Below, piece by piece: positions 60,090-64,000 of a stretch of 64,000 nt of DNA. Position numbers and translations under genes: made by a program. Under the pieces are notes generated by a model. That model was not told the origin of the DNA and searched no databases. It was given only the letters and a program-made list of their open reading frames with translations. Numbering within the stretch: position 1 is the first letter of the stretch; each line of letters opens with the position of its first letter. This DNA is from the human T2T-CHM13v2.0 reference genome, Homo sapiens, in the NCBI RefSeq assembly GCF_009914755.1, contig NC_060929.1; one strand, written 5' to 3'.

Positions 60090-61222
60090 AGCCTACAGAT
60101 GGAACCTATGAGATCTGGACAAAATCATTAAGGGAGTGCCATCATGGTAGGAGAAAAAAAAACATTTGAGTGCAGAAGTTCTAGGAGACAATTGAGAATA
60201 AAGGAGTCTCATGCACATACTACTTGTGAGCACCATGTTACACACAGAATAGGTTTTATTGGGAAAAATCTCACAAATGGAGACATAGCAGAGCACACAT
60301 GATCCCCTAAGCTCTCATCTCCACAGGCAGGACTCCAGGAGAAGAACACCACTCCCATAGCACTCTAGCATGTGTAAGAATAGGTAGGAACACTTAGATT
60401 CCTAGGTAACCATGGAAACTTCCTCCTTAAGGAAGTGACTCTCCTAGAAGCAGCTGGTATCTGCTAGTTCTTTCATTTAGTTAATTCAGCCTTGCTAAAC
60501 TACCAAAAGAGAAGAAATAAGCCTCCAGAACCATCTAGATGTCTCTCCTTGCCTAAAGAAGAAGCAGTATCAAGGAGTTGAGAGCAATCAATTATTTCAA
60601 ATGCTGCTGATAGGTCAAGTGAAAGAACTGAAGATTGGATTTAGTAACAGGTAGGTCATTGACCATGTAGACAAAGCCAGTTTTAATGGAGTGCTGGAGG
60701 AAATGCCTTTGTGGAATAAAATTAAGAGCAGTTGAAGAAGAGGAATTGGAAATAGTGACTATAAAGAACACTTGCAAGGAGTTTTGCTGCCAAAGGCAGA
60801 GAAAAAAATGGGTGACTTAGCTGGCAGGGGAAATGAGATCAAGCACAGCTTTTCTTCATGTTAAGTCAGCGTGCTTACAGGAATGATGCAGAAGAGAGCA
60901 AAAACTGATAGGAGGAGTAAAGGGAAACAGCAGTGTCCTGATTGAGACAACTTGGGATCTTGTGCACAAGAAGGGTGTAGGACTTTAGAAAGAATAGAAA
61001 GGTTGATCTATCACAACAAGTTTGAAGACAGATTGCAAGTGGAAAGATGCTGGAAGGAGGGGTAGATGTGGTGGTGGTGGTGGAGAGTGGGTCCATGAAA
61101 GTTCTCCTCTGATTTCTTCAATCTTCTTAGAGAACTAAGAAGCAAGGTCACCAGCTGAAAGTGAGGATGACAAGAAGGTGTTGGACATTTGAGGGGAGAT
61201 GAGAGGCATGAAATAATCATCT
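60090..61222 (-). mobile_element. L2 fragments
   Basis: TTCAAATGCTGCTGATAGGTCAAG...GGATTTAGTAACAGGTAGGTCATTGACC...AAGGAGTTTTGCTG. The 60200-60560 part is uncertain. Confidence 0.65.
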
Positions 61223-63354
61223 GAAATTATATGCTATTGAAAATCATTGGTAAGCCATTCTCAGTGGGCTCACACTAGGGGTATAGTAGCATTTGTCAGA
61301 AAATTAAACAGCTAAAAAACCTAAGCATTATTCACCCAGAAAAAATATGAGCATGCCTGAACTCATCACTCCCACATAGCCCAAACCTGACAGTTTTCTT
61401 CCGTAACTTAACATTTAAGATGTTGAGTTACAACATGTTTGCTATGTTTGTCTTTCATTACAATATTTCACGTTGACTATTGAGAACTATAAGCCAATTT
61501 CCTTTTAGACTCTTGATATTTTGCTATTAGTTACTGTTGAACAAGAGCCATATCAGCTGTGCAGCACCTCCAGGGAAAGGGTGGATAAGTGTGTCTCTGG
61601 CAAGATAGAAGAAAAGCTACTTGTTAGCTTGTTTCTTCTATTTCCTTTTGTTAATTCTTTGTTTCAACTAGGATGAAAAATCTAGACCTCTTTGCTTCAT
61701 TTTGGTGACTGTATTAAAAGGAGACCATCTAAATCAACTGAGATAGCTCAGTGTTCCCTTACAGGCACATTTATCAAGTTAAAATCTGGGTCATCTCCCC
61801 TCATGCAGAAGACAAAAGGAAATCATATTTTCAGGTCTGTCTTGATGTATCCATAAAATGAAGGAGTAATTTTTTTTCTGTTCCTGAAAAACATGAAAGA
61901 GCCTCTATTCCAGCTGTCACTGTGGAACAAAATAGGAAAGAAAGACAGACTGAGCTTTTTGGATTTATTTCATTTTGATCATTCAATATGTTTTCAATAA
62001 GATGCTAGATTTGGTTTTAAAATAAATATGAAAAATGTAATGGCAGATACATCGGGCAAAAATTTGGCTTGAGTTCGCAGTGGATAACATAGGAATACCA
62101 GATGTGGAGGGAATACATGAGAAGAAGAGCAATTTTATAAGCTAAAAAATAGTGGGCTCAGCATTTTTTAGGACTCTTAGTGCTTTGACTATTCTTCTTT
62201 TAATAATAAGTAGAGGATGAGTAGATTATTCAGCAGTAACCTATTACAGCCAAAAATTCCAGAAAACCCATATAAGGCTTCTTGTAGTCTACAACTATGC
62301 GAATGCATGCATAAAACTAAAGAGAACTCTGAGGAAGGAATGATATGATTGTGCCCCAGTGCCTCCTGGCTTATACAATAATACTTGGCCCATGTTGCAT
62401 CAATTTGCTAATATAAACATGATATTGACTACATTTTATATGGTAATTATATATCTTCAAGAGGAAGATAAATTTGAGATGCCAATGATTTAAAGAGGAA
62501 AAACAATTTATATCATACTATACATAGGAGACTTTCCATCTGGATCATTCACTGATTTTTGAACAGTTTGAAGTGACTACTGAAAGATCCAAATGAACTT
62601 TATCTCCGATATAACTTGATAGAGTTTTCAGACTAGAAACTTTAGAAAGAGTGCAAGTGAAGAAATGCACATATCAGAGAACTATCACCCCCAAAACTAT
62701 TGCTTGAATTAGAATTTTTAATAGGGAACACTAATTAAAACCTTGTAGGATATTTGGCTTTTTCAAACCTTTGTATAAATTCCGTTGCATCTATATGCAT
62801 AAAATATATATAATACATGTATAATTTCTAGTGATTTATTACTTTTAGATGATAATATCTTTTTTAAGATTTATTCGTGGCATTAAACTTAAATACACTT
62901 TCGAAAGGAGCCCAGGACACTCATCCCCTCATGAAGCTTACATTTTTCTTTTCTTGCCATATATGCTCTATTTTAATGTAGAGAGAGAAATAGAAACTTA
63001 GAGTTTCGGAAGACTTGGCACACTCAAAAGCATACATGGAGGCTTGTATCCTACATTGCATATAATTACTATTTTTTCAAATTATGTTTTGGTAGGAGCT
63101 TATCCAGATTAGCTATAGAGCAAAGGAATGTTGGGGCAGGAAGTAACCTTAGAGAGGGTCAGGGCTCTAGGCCGATTAAACTTGTTTTATGAGTAAATAA
63201 ATTCTCTTGGGGAAGTTAAAGGTCATCACCAGTGTTACATTATTGTATAGCATGGTCTCTGTCTTCCGTTGTATAGTATATTTGGGAAAGTTATACCGAC
63301 TATATGTAAAGACAGACTTGGGGTCAGTCTAGTCCACATTAAAATCTCTGCTAA

Positions 63355-63480
63355 ACTAATAGCTATGTAACTTTGAGTGTTATTCAGCTTTTCTGAAACC
63401 CAGCTCCTATATCTTAAATCAAAGATAATAAATAGCATAACACATACAATTGTAATGAGAATTAGTGGAGGTAATCAATG
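63355..63480 (+). mobile_element. MIR fragment
   Basis: CTAATAGCTATGTAACTTTGAG...TCTGAAACCCAG...GATAATAAATAG...TTGTAATGAGAATTA. Confidence 0.6.
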
Positions 63481-64000
63481 GAATAGGTCATAGCACATAT
63501 AAAATATATAATAACACAGGAAATGTATAAATCTACTATGCTAAAATTCCCAATGGTATTGTAATAGAGAATAAAATAGTCTTCTATAAATAGCTTAACA
63601 ATTAAATTTGAGTGGAGTTTCATGAAAAAATTCTTCAGACTCTTTATATTCATGACTTTCATTAGTTACAGAGGGTTTAATATTGAATATGAGGCACTTA
63701 GGTACTCTACGTGTCTATGCAAAATCAAACCGGTATGAAGGAGGTCTATGCAGATGAAACAGTGGGTGATCTTATGCACCTATTTGCAATGCAAATGAAC
63801 ATGATATATATTCATATACACCTGACTGAAAAAACTTGAAGTAAACTGGCCCTCTTGATTTATCCTTTTTCATTAATTGAATCTGGTAATATTAAAATCA
63901 GATCTTAACATCTTCAATGCATAGATTATCATTTTAAGTACAGACAAAATATAAGAAAAACACTATATTGTACTCTTATTTGTTTGAATTTAGTTGATCC

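Overview
AT-rich, repeat-dense primate genomic DNA. It is almost certainly human, because it carries an AluYa5 with all five diagnostic substitutions. I find no intact protein-coding gene, RNA gene or prokaryotic system; nearly every track ORF with recognisable homology is a decayed L1, MaLR, ERV or Alu fragment. Most of the window is nested transposable elements: a full-length dead L1PA (14659-21135) carrying an AluYa5 in ORF2 and an open antisense ORF0 homolog; three full-length MaLR proviruses (two MSTA-like, one THE1); an ERVL-class fossil with gag/RT remnants and an LTR16-type LTR; solo LTRs (THE1B, LTR22, MER52A, LTR33, MLT1); older L1M copies, one with a twin-priming 5' inversion; plus Alus, MIRs, L2s and DNA transposons. 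The most interesting non-routine signals are an old Alu at about 24.7 kb that has kept its CpGs inside a locally CpG-richer unique region (possible germline-unmethylated promoter) and several isolated exon-like segments with good splice sites (possible lncRNA or UTR exons). Subfamily names are from recalled consensus sequences and need RepeatMasker/Dfam confirmation. I found no convincing novel biological system.
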